Source: Gemmatimonadales bacterium (GTDB taxonomy: Bacteria; Gemmatimonadota; Gemmatimonadetes; Gemmatimonadales; GWC2-71-9). From it: a stretch of DNA of 64,000 nt. Where the stretch lies: contig JBBCJC010000005.1 in the NCBI GenBank assembly GCA_037189525.1, positions 448,001 through 512,000 on the forward strand. The letters run 5' to 3'. The notes below the pieces were generated by a model. That model saw only the letters and a program-made list of their open reading frames with translations. It ran no database searches and was not told where the DNA came from. This document shows positions 1 to 11,298 of this stretch, one piece after another. Each line of letters starts with the position of its first letter. Positions within the stretch are counted from its first letter, which is position 1. Position numbers and translations under genes: made by a program.

Positions 1-1118
1 GCCCCTGCGCCATGGGCCTCGCTACCCCGACGTCGATCATGGTCGGCACGGGACGCGGCGCCGAACTCGGCGTTCTGTTCCGGAAGGGCGAAGCGCTGCA
101 GCTTCTCCGCGAGGCCCGGGTCGTAGCGGTCGACAAGACCGGTACGCTGACCGAAGGGCGCCCGGCCCTCACCGACATGCATGTCACCGGCGGGTTCGAT
201 CGCGCCGAGGTGCTCGCGCTGGTGGCGGCCGTGGAATCGAAATCGGAGCATCCGGTGGGCCGGGCCATCGTCGCGGCCGCCACTGCCGAGGGTATCACCA
301 TTCCCGAGGTGAGCGGGTTCGACTCCTTGACCGGCTATGGCGTACGGGCCGAGGTGAGCGGCCGCCGGGTGGACATCGGAGCCGACCGATACATGCACCT
401 GCTCGGCGTGGAGATCGCGGAATTCGCTTCGGCAGCTGAGCAACTCGCCGGCGACGGAAAATCACCGCTCTATGCAGCCGTCGACAACCAGCTGGTTGCG
501 ATCATGGCCGTGGCCGATCCGATCAAGGCCACCACCCCCGAGGCGCTTGCCGCGCTGCACGGCCTCGGCCTCAAAGTGGCAATGGTAACCGGCGACAACG
601 CCCGGACCGCCGAAGCGATCGCGCGCCGGCTGGGCATCGACGTGGTCGTGGCCGAGGTGCTTCCGGAAGGCAAGATCACGGCGGTCGAGAGGCTGCAGAC
701 CGCCCATGGCAAGGTGGCCTTCGTGGGTGACGGGATCAACGATGCGCCGGCGCTGGCGGCGGCCGACGTCGGCGTTGCCGTCGGCACCGGCACGGACGTC
801 GCGATCGAGGCGGCAGACGTCGTGCTGATGTCGGGAAGCCTGAACGGCGTTGCCACGGCAATCGCGCTCTCGCACGCCACCATCGGCAACATCCGGCAGA
901 ATTTGTTCTGGGCGTTCGCCTACAATACCGCCCTGATTCCGGTAGCGGCCGGTCTGCTCTACCCCGTCTGGGGCATACTGCTCTCCCCTATGTTCGCCGC
1001 CGGGGCCATGGCCATGTCCAGCGTGTTCGTACTCGGCAATGCGCTCAGGCTGCGCCGATTCACCCCCCCGGGAGCGGCCTCAAATCCCGGGGCCGTTCGG
1101 ACAGGAGCGTCACGATGA
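1..1118 (+). CDS. copA: Cu(I)-translocating P1B-type ATPase, 5' truncated by the window edge
   Basis: (C)PCAMGLATP at the window start, DKTGT phosphorylation motif, [18 protein letters not shown] and MAMSS TM motifs; adjacent to cueR. Confidence 0.93.
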   Translation, partial: PCAMGLATPTSIMVGTGRGAELGVLFRKGEALQLLREARVVAVDKTGTLTEGRPALTDMHVTGGFDRAEVLALVAAVESKSEHPVGRAIVAAATAEGITIPEVSGFDSLTGYGVRAEVSGRRVDIGADRYMHLLGVEIAEFASAAEQLAGDGKSPLYAAVDNQLVAIMAVADPIKATTPEALAALHGLGLKVAMVTGDNARTAEAIARRLGIDVVVAEVLPEGKITAVERLQTAHGKVAFVGDGINDAPALAAADVGVAVGTGTDVAIEAADVVLMSGSLNGVATAIALSHATIGNIRQNLFWAFAYNTALIPVAAGLLYPVWGILLSPMFAAGAMAMSSVFVLGNALRLRRFTPPGAASNPGAVRTGASR

Positions 1119-1564
1119 ATATCGGAGAGGCCGCAAGCGCGTCCGGCGTCTCGGCCAAGATGATCCGGTACTACGAGCAGATCGGCCTGATCCCACCGGC
1201 CAGCCGCACCGACTCGGGGTACCGCGAGTACACCGACGCCGACGTCCACATGCTTCGTTTCGTGCGCCGCGCTCGCGACCTGGGGTTCCCGGTGGCGGAG
1301 ATCGACGAACTGCTGAACCTCTGGCGCGATCGGTCGAGGCGGAGCGCGGACGTCAAGAAGATCGCCACGGCCCACATCGACTCACTGCGCGATAAGATCG
1401 ACGGGCTGAATCAGATGGTGGCCACGCTCCAGGACCTGGCCCGTCGCTGCTCCGGCGACGGGCGTCCCGATTGCCCGATCCTCGCAGACTTGGAAGAAGC
1501 AACGGAGCCGGCGACGACCGGCTCTCCGCGACGTCAACAGCGGGGATTGAAGACGAAATACTGA
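1115..1564 (+). CDS. cueR: Cu(I)-responsive MerR-family regulator
   Basis: MNIGEAA..IRYYE MerR HTH; C-terminal [10 protein letters not shown] metal loop; ATGA overlap with copA. Confidence 0.93.
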   Translation: MNIGEAASASGVSAKMIRYYEQIGLIPPASRTDSGYREYTDADVHMLRFVRRARDLGFPVAEIDELLNLWRDRSRRSADVKKIATAHIDSLRDKIDGLNQMVATLQDLARRCSGDGRPDCPILADLEEATEPATTGSPRRQQRGLKTKY

Positions 1565-1730
1565 TCGTATCCGGCGGGAAAACCTTCGCGACAGTCGGGA
1601 ACCCCATATATATTCGGGCTCGGCAGTGCCATCCCAAACCCGCAGCAGAATCTGCTAAGGGCCTGGGTTGGTTCGGCTTCGGTGAGGGAGCTCGCCGACC
1701 GAAGATAAGCCGTTGAAACAGAACAACTTC

Positions 1731-1801
1731 TGGCCCTTCGTCCAATGGCAGGACATCAGACTTTGACTCTGAGAATGGTGGTTCGAATCCACCAGGGCCA
1801 A
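1731..1801 (+). tRNA. tRNA-Gln (anticodon TTG); CCA not encoded
   Basis: Acceptor stem TGGCCCT/AGGGCCA, anticodon arm TCAGA-CTTTGAC-TCTGA, T-arm GGTGG-TTCGAAT-CCACC; typical position before prs. Confidence 0.96.
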
Positions 1802-1888
1802 CTGTAGAACGTCTTCGATCGTCGCCAGCCCTGACCCCGCATCGGGCCGCCGCCCGGGCTCCGAAGCCACCGGGACCGCTCCGTTTGC

Positions 1889-1918
1889 TTGCCGCCAAAC
1901 CCAAATCAACGCTATATT
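1889..1918 (+). promoter_or_regulatory. Putative sigma70 promoter of prs (short-leader or leaderless)
   Basis: TTGCCG-N18-TATATT, then ATG 8 nt after the -10 box. Confidence 0.5.
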
Positions 1919-1926
1919 TAGGGGCT

Positions 1927-2886
1927 ATGGCCCTTCCGAATCAGTCCCAGGTTCTGAGCCCGATGCTTCTGCTATCGGGCACGGCGAATCGACCCCTTTC
2001 GGAAGAAGTCGCAAAGGAGCTCGACCAGGCGCTCTGCAAGGCAACGATCCGGCGATTCGCCGACGGAGAGATCTTCGTCAAGATCGACGAGAACGTTCGT
2101 GGCCGGGATGTCTACATCATCCAGCCCACCAATCCGCCGGGCGACAACCTGCTCGAGCTCCTGCTCTTGATGGATGCAGCGCGCCGAGCCAGCGCCGCGC
2201 GGATCACGGCCGTCATCCCCTACTTCGGGTATGCCCGCCAGGACCGCAAGGATCAGCCGCGCGTCGCGATCAGCGCCAAGCTGATGGCCAACATGGTGTC
2301 GGCGGCCGGAGCCGATCGGGTCCTCTCGATCGACTTCCATCAGCACCAGATGCAGGGGTTCTTCGATCTGCCGGTCGATCACCTCTATGCGGCGCCGGTG
2401 TTCGTCAACCACTATCGCCAGAAGAGCCTTCGGGATCTGGTGGTGGTGGCGTCGGATGCGGGCGGCGCCAAGATGGCGCGGAGCTTTGCGAAGAAGCTCA
2501 ACGCCAGCTTTGCGATCATCGACAAGCGGCGGACTGCGGCCAATGTGGCCGAGGTCGTCAACGTCGTCGGCGACGTCGCGGGCAAAGACTGCCTGCTGCC
2601 CGATGACATGATCGATACCGGCGGCACCATGACCGAAGCGGTCATGGCGCTCAAGCGCCTGGGCGCTCAGGACATCTATGTCTGCGCCACCCATGCCCTG
2701 CTGAGCGGACCCGCCGTCGAGCGGCTCTCGCAGGCGCCGGTGACGGAAGTTGCGGTAACCAATTCGATCGCGCTGCCCGACTCGAAGCGCTTCGATAAGC
2801 TCAAAGTTCTGTCGATCGCGAGCCTTCTGGCCAAGGCGATCGGGTACACCCACAGCGATCAGTCGGTAAGTTCGCTGTTCGATTGA
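1927..2886 (+). CDS. prs: Ribose-phosphate pyrophosphokinase
   Basis: FADGEI, PYFGYARQDRK, DKRR and DDMIDTGGT motifs; start taken at ATG 1927. Confidence 0.96.
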   Translation: MALPNQSQVLSPMLLLSGTANRPLSEEVAKELDQALCKATIRRFADGEIFVKIDENVRGRDVYIIQPTNPPGDNLLELLLLMDAARRASAARITAVIPYFGYARQDRKDQPRVAISAKLMANMVSAAGADRVLSIDFHQHQMQGFFDLPVDHLYAAPVFVNHYRQKSLRDLVVVASDAGGAKMARSFAKKLNASFAIIDKRRTAANVAEVVNVVGDVAGKDCLLPDDMIDTGGTMTEAVMALKRLGAQDIYVCATHALLSGPAVERLSQAPVTEVAVTNSIALPDSKRFDKLKVLSIASLLAKAIGYTHSDQSVSSLFD

Positions 2887-2907
2887 TTCGGTAGAGGAAA
2901 CGGTATC

Positions 2908-3561
2908 ATGTCCAAGACGGCAGTTCTCAGCGCATCGGTTCGGAACCAGAACGGAAAGGGCGCCGCCCGGGCGCTTCGGCGTGACGGCAAGGTTCCCGCG
3001 GTTGTCTACGGCCGGGGCCGGGCCCCGGAATCCCTGGCGATCGAGGCGGTGGCGCTCGAGCGACTGCTGGCCAAGGTTCGGGCCACCACGCTGCTCGATG
3101 TCTCGGTCGATGATCGCCAGCCGGTCAAAGCGCTGATTCGCGAAGTACAGCGCAATCCCCTTCGGCCGGTCGACATCCTCCATGTCGACCTGTACGAAGT
3201 CCACGCCGACGAGGAAATCGCGGTCGACGTGCCGATCAAGTTCGTCGGGACGGCCGAGGGCGTGAAGAACTCGGGCGGCGTCTTTGAGGCCGTGCTGCAC
3301 CAGCTGCAGATCAAGGTCCTCCCCGGCGACATCCCGGACCACATCGATGTCGATGTGAGCGCGCTTGGCCTGGGCCAGTCGATTCACGTCAGTGATCTCA
3401 CGCTCGCGAAAGGGTCGTTCCTGACCGACGCCGGCGTGACCCTCTGCACCGTGGTGGCTCCGAAGACCGAAGCCGCGGCCGAGGGAGCGGAGGGCGGCGC
3501 CGAGCCGGAGTTGATCCGGAAGCCGAAGCCCGCCGAGGACGAGGCCAACGCAAAGGGCTGA
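2908..3561 (+). CDS. rplY: 50S ribosomal protein L25 / Ctc
   Basis: GKGAARALRRDGKVPAVVYG, HVDLY, C-terminal acidic tail; sits between prs and pth. Confidence 0.95.
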   Translation: MSKTAVLSASVRNQNGKGAARALRRDGKVPAVVYGRGRAPESLAIEAVALERLLAKVRATTLLDVSVDDRQPVKALIREVQRNPLRPVDILHVDLYEVHADEEIAVDVPIKFVGTAEGVKNSGGVFEAVLHQLQIKVLPGDIPDHIDVDVSALGLGQSIHVSDLTLAKGSFLTDAGVTLCTVVAPKTEAAAEGAEGGAEPELIRKPKPAEDEANAKG

Positions 3562-3565
3562 CCCC

Positions 3566-4153
3566 CTGCGTACCATCGTCGGGCTGGGCAATCCCGGCGC
3601 GGAGTACGACGGCACCCGGCACAACGCCGGGTTCATCCTGGTAGATCATCTCGCGGCGCGCTGGGGGTTTCCCTCCTTTCGCCGCGACGGCCCGGCCCGC
3701 AGCACGCGGGGTACGATCGGCGGGGTCGCGGTCCAGTTGCTCAAGCCGCAGACCTACATGAACCGGAGTGGCGCCGCGCTGGCTGAGCTCAAGGGCAGTC
3801 CGGAGTTCGATCTCGCCCGCGACCTGCTGGTCGTGGTCGATGAAACCGCCCTGCCGATTGGACGGTTTCGGCTGCGCGCCAAGGGGTCGGCGGGCGGACA
3901 CAACGGTCTCAAGAGCGTCGAAGGGTCGCTGCGCAGCCAGGAGTATGCCCGGCTCCGCATCGGAGTCGGCCCCGTACCGCCCGACTATGATGATCTGGCG
4001 GACTTCGTCCTCGACGGGTTTACCCGGGAGGAGGCCGAGATCCTTCGGGGCCTGCTCGACCCGATGGCCGATGCCGTGGAATGCTGGGTGACCGAGGGAA
4101 TCGAACTGGCGATGACGCGGCATAACCGAAACGCCGGCGGCGCCGAACAGTAG
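3566..4153 (+). CDS. pth: Peptidyl-tRNA hydrolase (probable CTG start)
   Basis: Frame extends upstream of the listed ORF to (L)RTIVGLGNPG..TRHNAGF; also KPQTYMNRSG, GGHNGLKS, RLRIGVG. Confidence 0.94.
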   Translation: MRTIVGLGNPGAEYDGTRHNAGFILVDHLAARWGFPSFRRDGPARSTRGTIGGVAVQLLKPQTYMNRSGAALAELKGSPEFDLARDLLVVVDETALPIGRFRLRAKGSAGGHNGLKSVEGSLRSQEYARLRIGVGPVPPDYDDLADFVLDGFTREEAEILRGLLDPMADAVECWVTEGIELAMTRHNRNAGGAEQ

Positions 4154-4220
4154 CCGCAGCACCTAACCCTGTACCGGGCGCCGACCAGCCGCGGTCGACG
4201 CGCGTAACGAGAGTCTCTGC

Positions 4221-6275
<2,055 letters not shown>

Positions 6276-6299
6276 TTGTCCTGATCCGCAGGTAGCGTC

Positions 6300-7397
6300 A
6301 TGCTCCGACTCGGTATCGTGGGACTTCCCAACGTCGGGAAGTCCACGCTCTTCAACGCGCTGACTTCCGCCAAGGCTCTGGTCGCGAACTACCCGTTCGC
6401 GACCATCGAGCCCAACACCGGTGTGGTCGAAGTTCCCGACGCCCGGCTCCAGGCCATCGGCGCATTCGTCAATCCTCAGCGGATCCTGCCGGCCACGGTG
6501 GAGTTCGTCGACATCGCCGGCCTGGTCAAAGGGGCCAGCCAGGGTGAAGGGCTGGGCAACCAGTTCCTCGCCAACATCCGCGAAGTCGACGCCGTGGTTC
6601 AGGTGGTGCGCTGCTTCGAAGACGATGATATCCAGCACGTGATGGGTTCGGTCGACCCCGCGCGCGATCGCGACATCATCAACATCGAACTCGGCCTGGC
6701 CGATCTCGCGGCGGTCGAGAAACGACTCGACAAAACGGTCCGTCTGGCCAAGTCGGGCGACCCGCAGGCCAAGCTCGAGGCCCGTCTGCTGGAACAGCTC
6801 AAGGCGGTCCTCTCCGAAGGCAAGCCGGCCCGGGCGGTCGTCCCCACGGCCGAGGAGCTGCCAACCTACCGGCAGTTCAATCTGCTGACGTCCAAGCCGG
6901 TGCTCTATGCCGCCAACGTCGGCGAAACCGAGCTCGACAGCGGCAACGCTCATACGCAGGCGCTGACCGAGGCGATCAAGGCCTCGGGAGAAGACGCCGA
7001 ACTGATCCTCTTCTCGGCCAAGGTCGAGGCCGAGTTGGCCGAGCTGCCGCTGGAAGACCGCAAGGACTTCCTGGACGCGCTGGGCCTCGCCGAGTCCGGC
7101 CTCGACCGGCTCGCTCGAGCCGCTTATCGCCTGCTCGGCCTGCGGAGCTACTTCACCGCCGGCGAGAAAGAAGTGCGCGCCTGGACCATCCGCGTGGGCG
7201 ACAAGGCCCCGCAAGCCGCCGCGGTGATCCATACCGACTTCGAGAAGGGCTTCATCCGGGCGGAGACCGTTGCGTATGACGACTTCGTGCGGGTGAGCGG
7301 ATGGAAGGCGGCCCGGGAACAGGGGCTGGTCCGCTCGGAGGGCAAGGAATACGTCGTGCAGGACGGCGACGTGATCCTCTTCCGCTTCAACGTCTAG
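6300..7397 (+). CDS. ychF: Redox-regulated ATPase YchF
   Basis: [33 protein letters not shown]-terminal TGS domain ([11 protein letters not shown]). Confidence 0.97.
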   Translation: MLRLGIVGLPNVGKSTLFNALTSAKALVANYPFATIEPNTGVVEVPDARLQAIGAFVNPQRILPATVEFVDIAGLVKGASQGEGLGNQFLANIREVDAVVQVVRCFEDDDIQHVMGSVDPARDRDIINIELGLADLAAVEKRLDKTVRLAKSGDPQAKLEARLLEQLKAVLSEGKPARAVVPTAEELPTYRQFNLLTSKPVLYAANVGETELDSGNAHTQALTEAIKASGEDAELILFSAKVEAELAELPLEDRKDFLDALGLAESGLDRLARAAYRLLGLRSYFTAGEKEVRAWTIRVGDKAPQAAAVIHTDFEKGFIRAETVAYDDFVRVSGWKAAREQGLVRSEGKEYVVQDGDVILFRFNV

Positions 7398-7464
7398 ACG
7401 TCCCTTACACACGACCGGCGGGCGTGCTCCAGCGCCTGCCGGAACTCACGGAAGAGAGACCGTC

Positions 7465-8274
7465 ATGCGCCCATGCCTGATCGGGCTTCCCTACGACGCC
7501 AGTTCGTCCTTCCTCCGTGGCCCCGCCGAGGCGCCGCCCCTGATCCGCGCCGCGCTCAACAGCCCAGCGGGCAACCCGTGGACCGAAACGAACCATGACC
7601 TGAGCGGCCCCACCGGACTCGCGGATGCCGGCGACCTCGTCTTGCCTCCCGACGAGCGGGCGCGCGCGCTGATCGAGGCTGGGGTGCGTTCGGTGCTGGA
7701 CGCGGGCAATCGGCCGATCGCGTTAGGCGGCGACCACGCCGTCACCTATCCCGTCGTTCGTGCGGTGGCCGCACATCATCCGGGTCTGACCATCGTGCAC
7801 ATCGATGCCCACGCCGACCTCTACGAGGATTTCGAGGGCGACCGGTACTCGCACGCCTGTCCGTTCGCCCGGATCATGGAAGCCGGTCTGGCGAGCCGCC
7901 TGATTCAGATCGGGATCCGGACCCAGACCGCGCACCTGCGGGAACAGGCCGAGCGGTTCGGTGTCGAGATGATCACGATGGACCGGTGGGTCGAGGGCGT
8001 CCGGCCCCGCACCGAGGGACCGGTGTACTGGTCGATCGACCTCGACGGCATCGACCCCGGGGCAGCTCCCGGCGTCTCGCATCGGGAACCGGGCGGCCTT
8101 TCCGTGCGCGACGTGATCACCCTGATCCACCAGCTCGGCGGCGATGTAGTGGGCGGCGACGTGGTCGAGTACAACCCGCGCCAGGATCTGGGCGGTGTTA
8201 CCGCAGTCGTTGCCGCCAAACTCGTGAAGGAGTTGGCCGGCCGGATCATGACCGACATATCGGCCCAACCCTAG
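7465..8274 (+). CDS. Agmatinase/arginase (ureohydrolase) family protein
   Basis: GGDHAV, DAHAD, SIDLDGIDP, PGG and VEYNP motifs. Confidence 0.88.
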   Translation: MRPCLIGLPYDASSSFLRGPAEAPPLIRAALNSPAGNPWTETNHDLSGPTGLADAGDLVLPPDERARALIEAGVRSVLDAGNRPIALGGDHAVTYPVVRAVAAHHPGLTIVHIDAHADLYEDFEGDRYSHACPFARIMEAGLASRLIQIGIRTQTAHLREQAERFGVEMITMDRWVEGVRPRTEGPVYWSIDLDGIDPGAAPGVSHREPGGLSVRDVITLIHQLGGDVVGGDVVEYNPRQDLGGVTAVVAAKLVKELAGRIMTDISAQP

Positions 8275-8570
8275 CCCGGCGGGGCAATCGAGCGGACACG
8301 CTCGAATCTGACGCCGAAGGCGTCCGCCCAACCCGGGCGATGCCAGACATATAAGGCGGCGATGCGGAACCGCGCCGCGGTTCGCAGGCGTTGTCGTTCG
8401 CTGCCCTCGCGGCTGGAGGGTAGCTACTGGCGATACAGACCGCCCTCCTCAGAAACTCCTCAATTTCGTGAGACCGGACCGGTGGCCGGCACCTGACCCG
8501 TCCATCGATACGACATCACCAGGAAACCAAAGCTCAGAAAACGGGACTGTCAAAACGCCAAAGATTAACT

Positions 8571-8610
8571 ATAATTGGTTATTAATGGGTATTATTGGTG
8601 ATAATTGGGT
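8571..8610. repeat. Four tandem 10-bp AT-rich direct repeats upstream of the Fic gene
   Basis: ATAATTGGTT / ATTAATGGGT / ATTATTGGTG / ATAATTGGGT. Confidence 0.75.
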
Positions 8611-8620
8611 GGAATATGGT

Positions 8621-9655
8621 ATGATCGCATCGGAAGCTTCCCAGATTGGTCCTGAACTCCTCCGGCTCATCTCGGAAGTGGAGGAATTCAAGGGCGCATG
8701 GCGTGCGCTGGGGCGCCTGGACCCCGAACGACTCTCGACCCTCAAGCGCCTGGCGATGATCGAGAGCATTGGGGCGTCGACCCGGATCGAGGGTGGCAAG
8801 CGCTCGGACCGCGAGGTCGACGCCCTGCTCTCCAGTCACCAGATGACATCGTTTGCCTCCCGCGACGCCCGGGAAGTGGCGGGGTATGCCGCCGTGATGG
8901 AGGTCGTGTTCTCATCCTGGAACGCGATGCCCCTGACCGAGAATCTCATCAAGCAACTGCACCGCGACCTGCTGCGACACAGCGACCAGGATCGGGGCCG
9001 GTACCGGATCATGCCGAACGGTATCGCGGCCTTCGACAAGGATGGACAGCGGCTGGATGTGCCCTTCGAAACCGCGTCACCGCTCGATATTCCCCAGCGC
9101 ATGACGGAGCTGGCCGCATGGCTGGCGAACCAGCAGACGGACGGACAGCTGCATCCGCTCCTCCGCATCGGTCTCTGGGTGGCGATGTTTCTGGCGATCC
9201 ATCCCTTTCAGGATGGCAACGGCCGTTTGAGCCGAGTGCTGACCACGCTGCTGCTGCTCCAGGCAGGCTACGCCTACGTGCCGTACAGCTCATTGGACAG
9301 CGTGATCGAACAGCAGAAAGAGGCCTACGATCGGGCCGTGCGGCGTACCCAACGCGCCGTGTGGAGCGGCACGCCGGACTGGCAGCCGTGGCTGCACTTC
9401 TTTCTCCAGGCATTGGCCGAGCAAACGCGCCGGCTCGGGCGGAAGATCGAGCAGGAACAGGTACTCGCAACGCTCCCGACGATGTCGCTCCGCATCATGG
9501 ATGTCGCGCAGGCGCGCGGACGGGTCACGATGGGTGAGATCATCACACTCACCGGTGGAAAGCGCGATACGATCAAGTCACATCTGCGCGCTCTGGTCGA
9601 GCATGGCCGACTTCACCGCTATGGCCGCGGGCGGGGAGTTTGGTACCAACTGTAG
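8621..9655 (+). CDS. Fic family protein with N-terminal inhibitory helix and C-terminal winged HTH
   Basis: HPFQDGNGRLSR Fic motif; STRIEG alpha-inh motif; C-terminal HLRALVEHGRL..GRGRGVWY. Confidence 0.9.
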   Translation: MIASEASQIGPELLRLISEVEEFKGAWRALGRLDPERLSTLKRLAMIESIGASTRIEGGKRSDREVDALLSSHQMTSFASRDAREVAGYAAVMEVVFSSWNAMPLTENLIKQLHRDLLRHSDQDRGRYRIMPNGIAAFDKDGQRLDVPFETASPLDIPQRMTELAAWLANQQTDGQLHPLLRIGLWVAMFLAIHPFQDGNGRLSRVLTTLLLLQAGYAYVPYSSLDSVIEQQKEAYDRAVRRTQRAVWSGTPDWQPWLHFFLQALAEQTRRLGRKIEQEQVLATLPTMSLRIMDVAQARGRVTMGEIITLTGGKRDTIKSHLRALVEHGRLHRYGRGRGVWYQL

Positions 9656-9772
9656 TTTCCTCCGCAGTTCCCTCCCCAACCACGTCCGCCTTATCGGATC
9701 TCGACGGTCGGTAGCTACGATAGCCGGGCCCCAACCTTCCCTGCCGTGACCTGCATCACCGGGCGTAACAAC

Positions 9773-11230
9773 CTATTCCCGACGCCACCGGGACCGCGCG
9801 ACCACCCGCCCGCTCCCCGGCGATGCTCCGACACGACCCGACTCGGCCACGACCTCTCCCCGCCGGATCGTCACCACCGGACGGCCTGTTACCTCCCAAC
9901 CCTCGTACACCGAATAGTCTGCGCGCGAATGATCGTCCGCTGCGCGCACGGTCCAGCGCGCCTCGGGATCCCAGATCGCCAGGTCCGCATCGGCCCCCTC
10001 GCGAATGGCGCCCTTCCGCGGATACAGCCCGAAGATCCGGGCCGGATTGGTCGACGTCGTAGCGACGAATCGCTCGAGCGAAAGCCCGCGCTTGCGGACC
10101 CCCTCCGAGAAATAGATCGGCAGCATGAATTGCAGGTCGCTCATGCCCGGCCGCAGCTTGCCGATCGAGAGCGACGGATCGAGCTTCTGCGCCCGCGTCC
10201 AGGGCGCGTGATCAGTCGCCAGGACGTCGATCGTTCCATCGGCGAGCCCGGCCCAGAGCGCCTCGGAATCTTCCTTGGCGCGAAGCGGAGGCTGTCCAAC
10301 GAACAGCGGACCATCAGGCCCTGCAAGTTTTTCAGCGGTGTAGTGGAGATAGAGCGGCCGCGTTTCGACATAGAGCGGCAGCCCCCGCCGGCGCGCCGCG
10401 TGACAGACGGCAAGCGCCCGCGCCGAGGAGAGGTGCACGACGTAGATGGGCGCGCCGGTGCTCTCACAGAGCGCCACCGCCAGCTCCGTTGCCGCCACCT
10501 CCGCAACTTCCGGCCGGCTCTCGGCGTAGTGCGCCAGCGACGTTTGCCCAGCCGCAGTGAGTCTGCGCACCGCCGCAGCCAACAGCGCGGGATCTTCGCA
10601 GTGCGCCATGCACACCACACCAGCCTGCCTGGCCGCCTCCAGCATCGTGATCACGCCGCCCAGCTGGGCATGGAAATCCGGCATCGGCATGAAGAGCTTG
10701 GAGCTGGGATGCCCCGCCGCCGCCATCCCGTCCAGCGCCGCGTTGAACTCGGCGGTAGGTGGCCAGGCGACGCCATGGAGAAACAGATCTGCGATAACCT
10801 GCGCGCCCGCCTGCTTCGTCATGCGGGCAATCGCATCCAGCACCGTTTCGCCCGAGCGCGCAAAGGCGAACGTGCCCACGCTGGTAATTCCGCCTGCGAG
10901 CGCGGCCCGAGAACCGCTCTCCAGATCGTCCGCAAACGATCCGTCGATATGGGTGTGCGGATCGACGCCGCCCGGCATGACGAGCTTGCCGCGCGCATCG
11001 ATCACCCGCGTGGCAGCGGTCGAACGCAGCCCGGAACCGATTTCGACGATGCGGGCGCCCGCGATCCGGATGTCGGCTTCGCGGACACCATCAGTGTTGA
11101 CCACCCGACTACCGCGAATCAGGAGTTCCCGCGTCTGGGCCCGGAGCAGACCAGGACGCCCGGCGGCAATGGTCAGCGAGGTTGCCACGGCGACACGAAC
11201 GGCGTCCCGGCGGCTGGGCAGGTCAGACAT
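9773..11230 (-). CDS. Dihydropyrimidinase/hydantoinase-like cyclic amidohydrolase with Tat-like signal
   Basis: DPHTH, SKLFM, AHCED, VVHLS and ATDHAP metal ligands; N-terminal SRRDAV plus hydrophobic stretch and LRA-Q. Confidence 0.85.
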   Translation of the reverse strand: MSDLPSRRDAVRVAVATSLTIAAGRPGLLRAQTRELLIRGSRVVNTDGVREADIRIAGARIVEIGSGLRSTAATRVIDARGKLVMPGGVDPHTHIDGSFADDLESGSRAALAGGITSVGTFAFARSGETVLDAIARMTKQAGAQVIADLFLHGVAWPPTAEFNAALDGMAAAGHPSSKLFMPMPDFHAQLGGVITMLEAARQAGVVCMAHCEDPALLAAAVRRLTAAGQTSLAHYAESRPEVAEVAATELAVALCESTGAPIYVVHLSSARALAVCHAARRRGLPLYVETRPLYLHYTAEKLAGPDGPLFVGQPPLRAKEDSEALWAGLADGTIDVLATDHAPWTRAQKLDPSLSIGKLRPGMSDLQFMLPIYFSEGVRKRGLSLERFVATTSTNPARIFGLYPRKGAIREGADADLAIWDPEARWTVRAADDHSRADYSVYEGWEVTGRPVVTIRRGEVVAESGRVGASPGSGRVVARSRWRRE

Positions 11231-11298
11231 AGTGGTTCACCGTGATACGGGAGATGGTCCGAAACATATCCCACCAGCGAGACCGGCTGAATCCCAGT

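Noticed and set aside
4154..4220. Na+ riboswitch upstream of the pyrophosphatase
   Set aside because: No consensus recognisable in the sense orientation; the region is short
8468..8620. N-terminal extension of the Fic ORF (and similar extensions at 17429, 23084, 29133, 62963 and 63910)
   Set aside because: Family homology, SD positions and gene overlaps indicate downstream starts; the extensions run through promoter DNA or neighbouring genes
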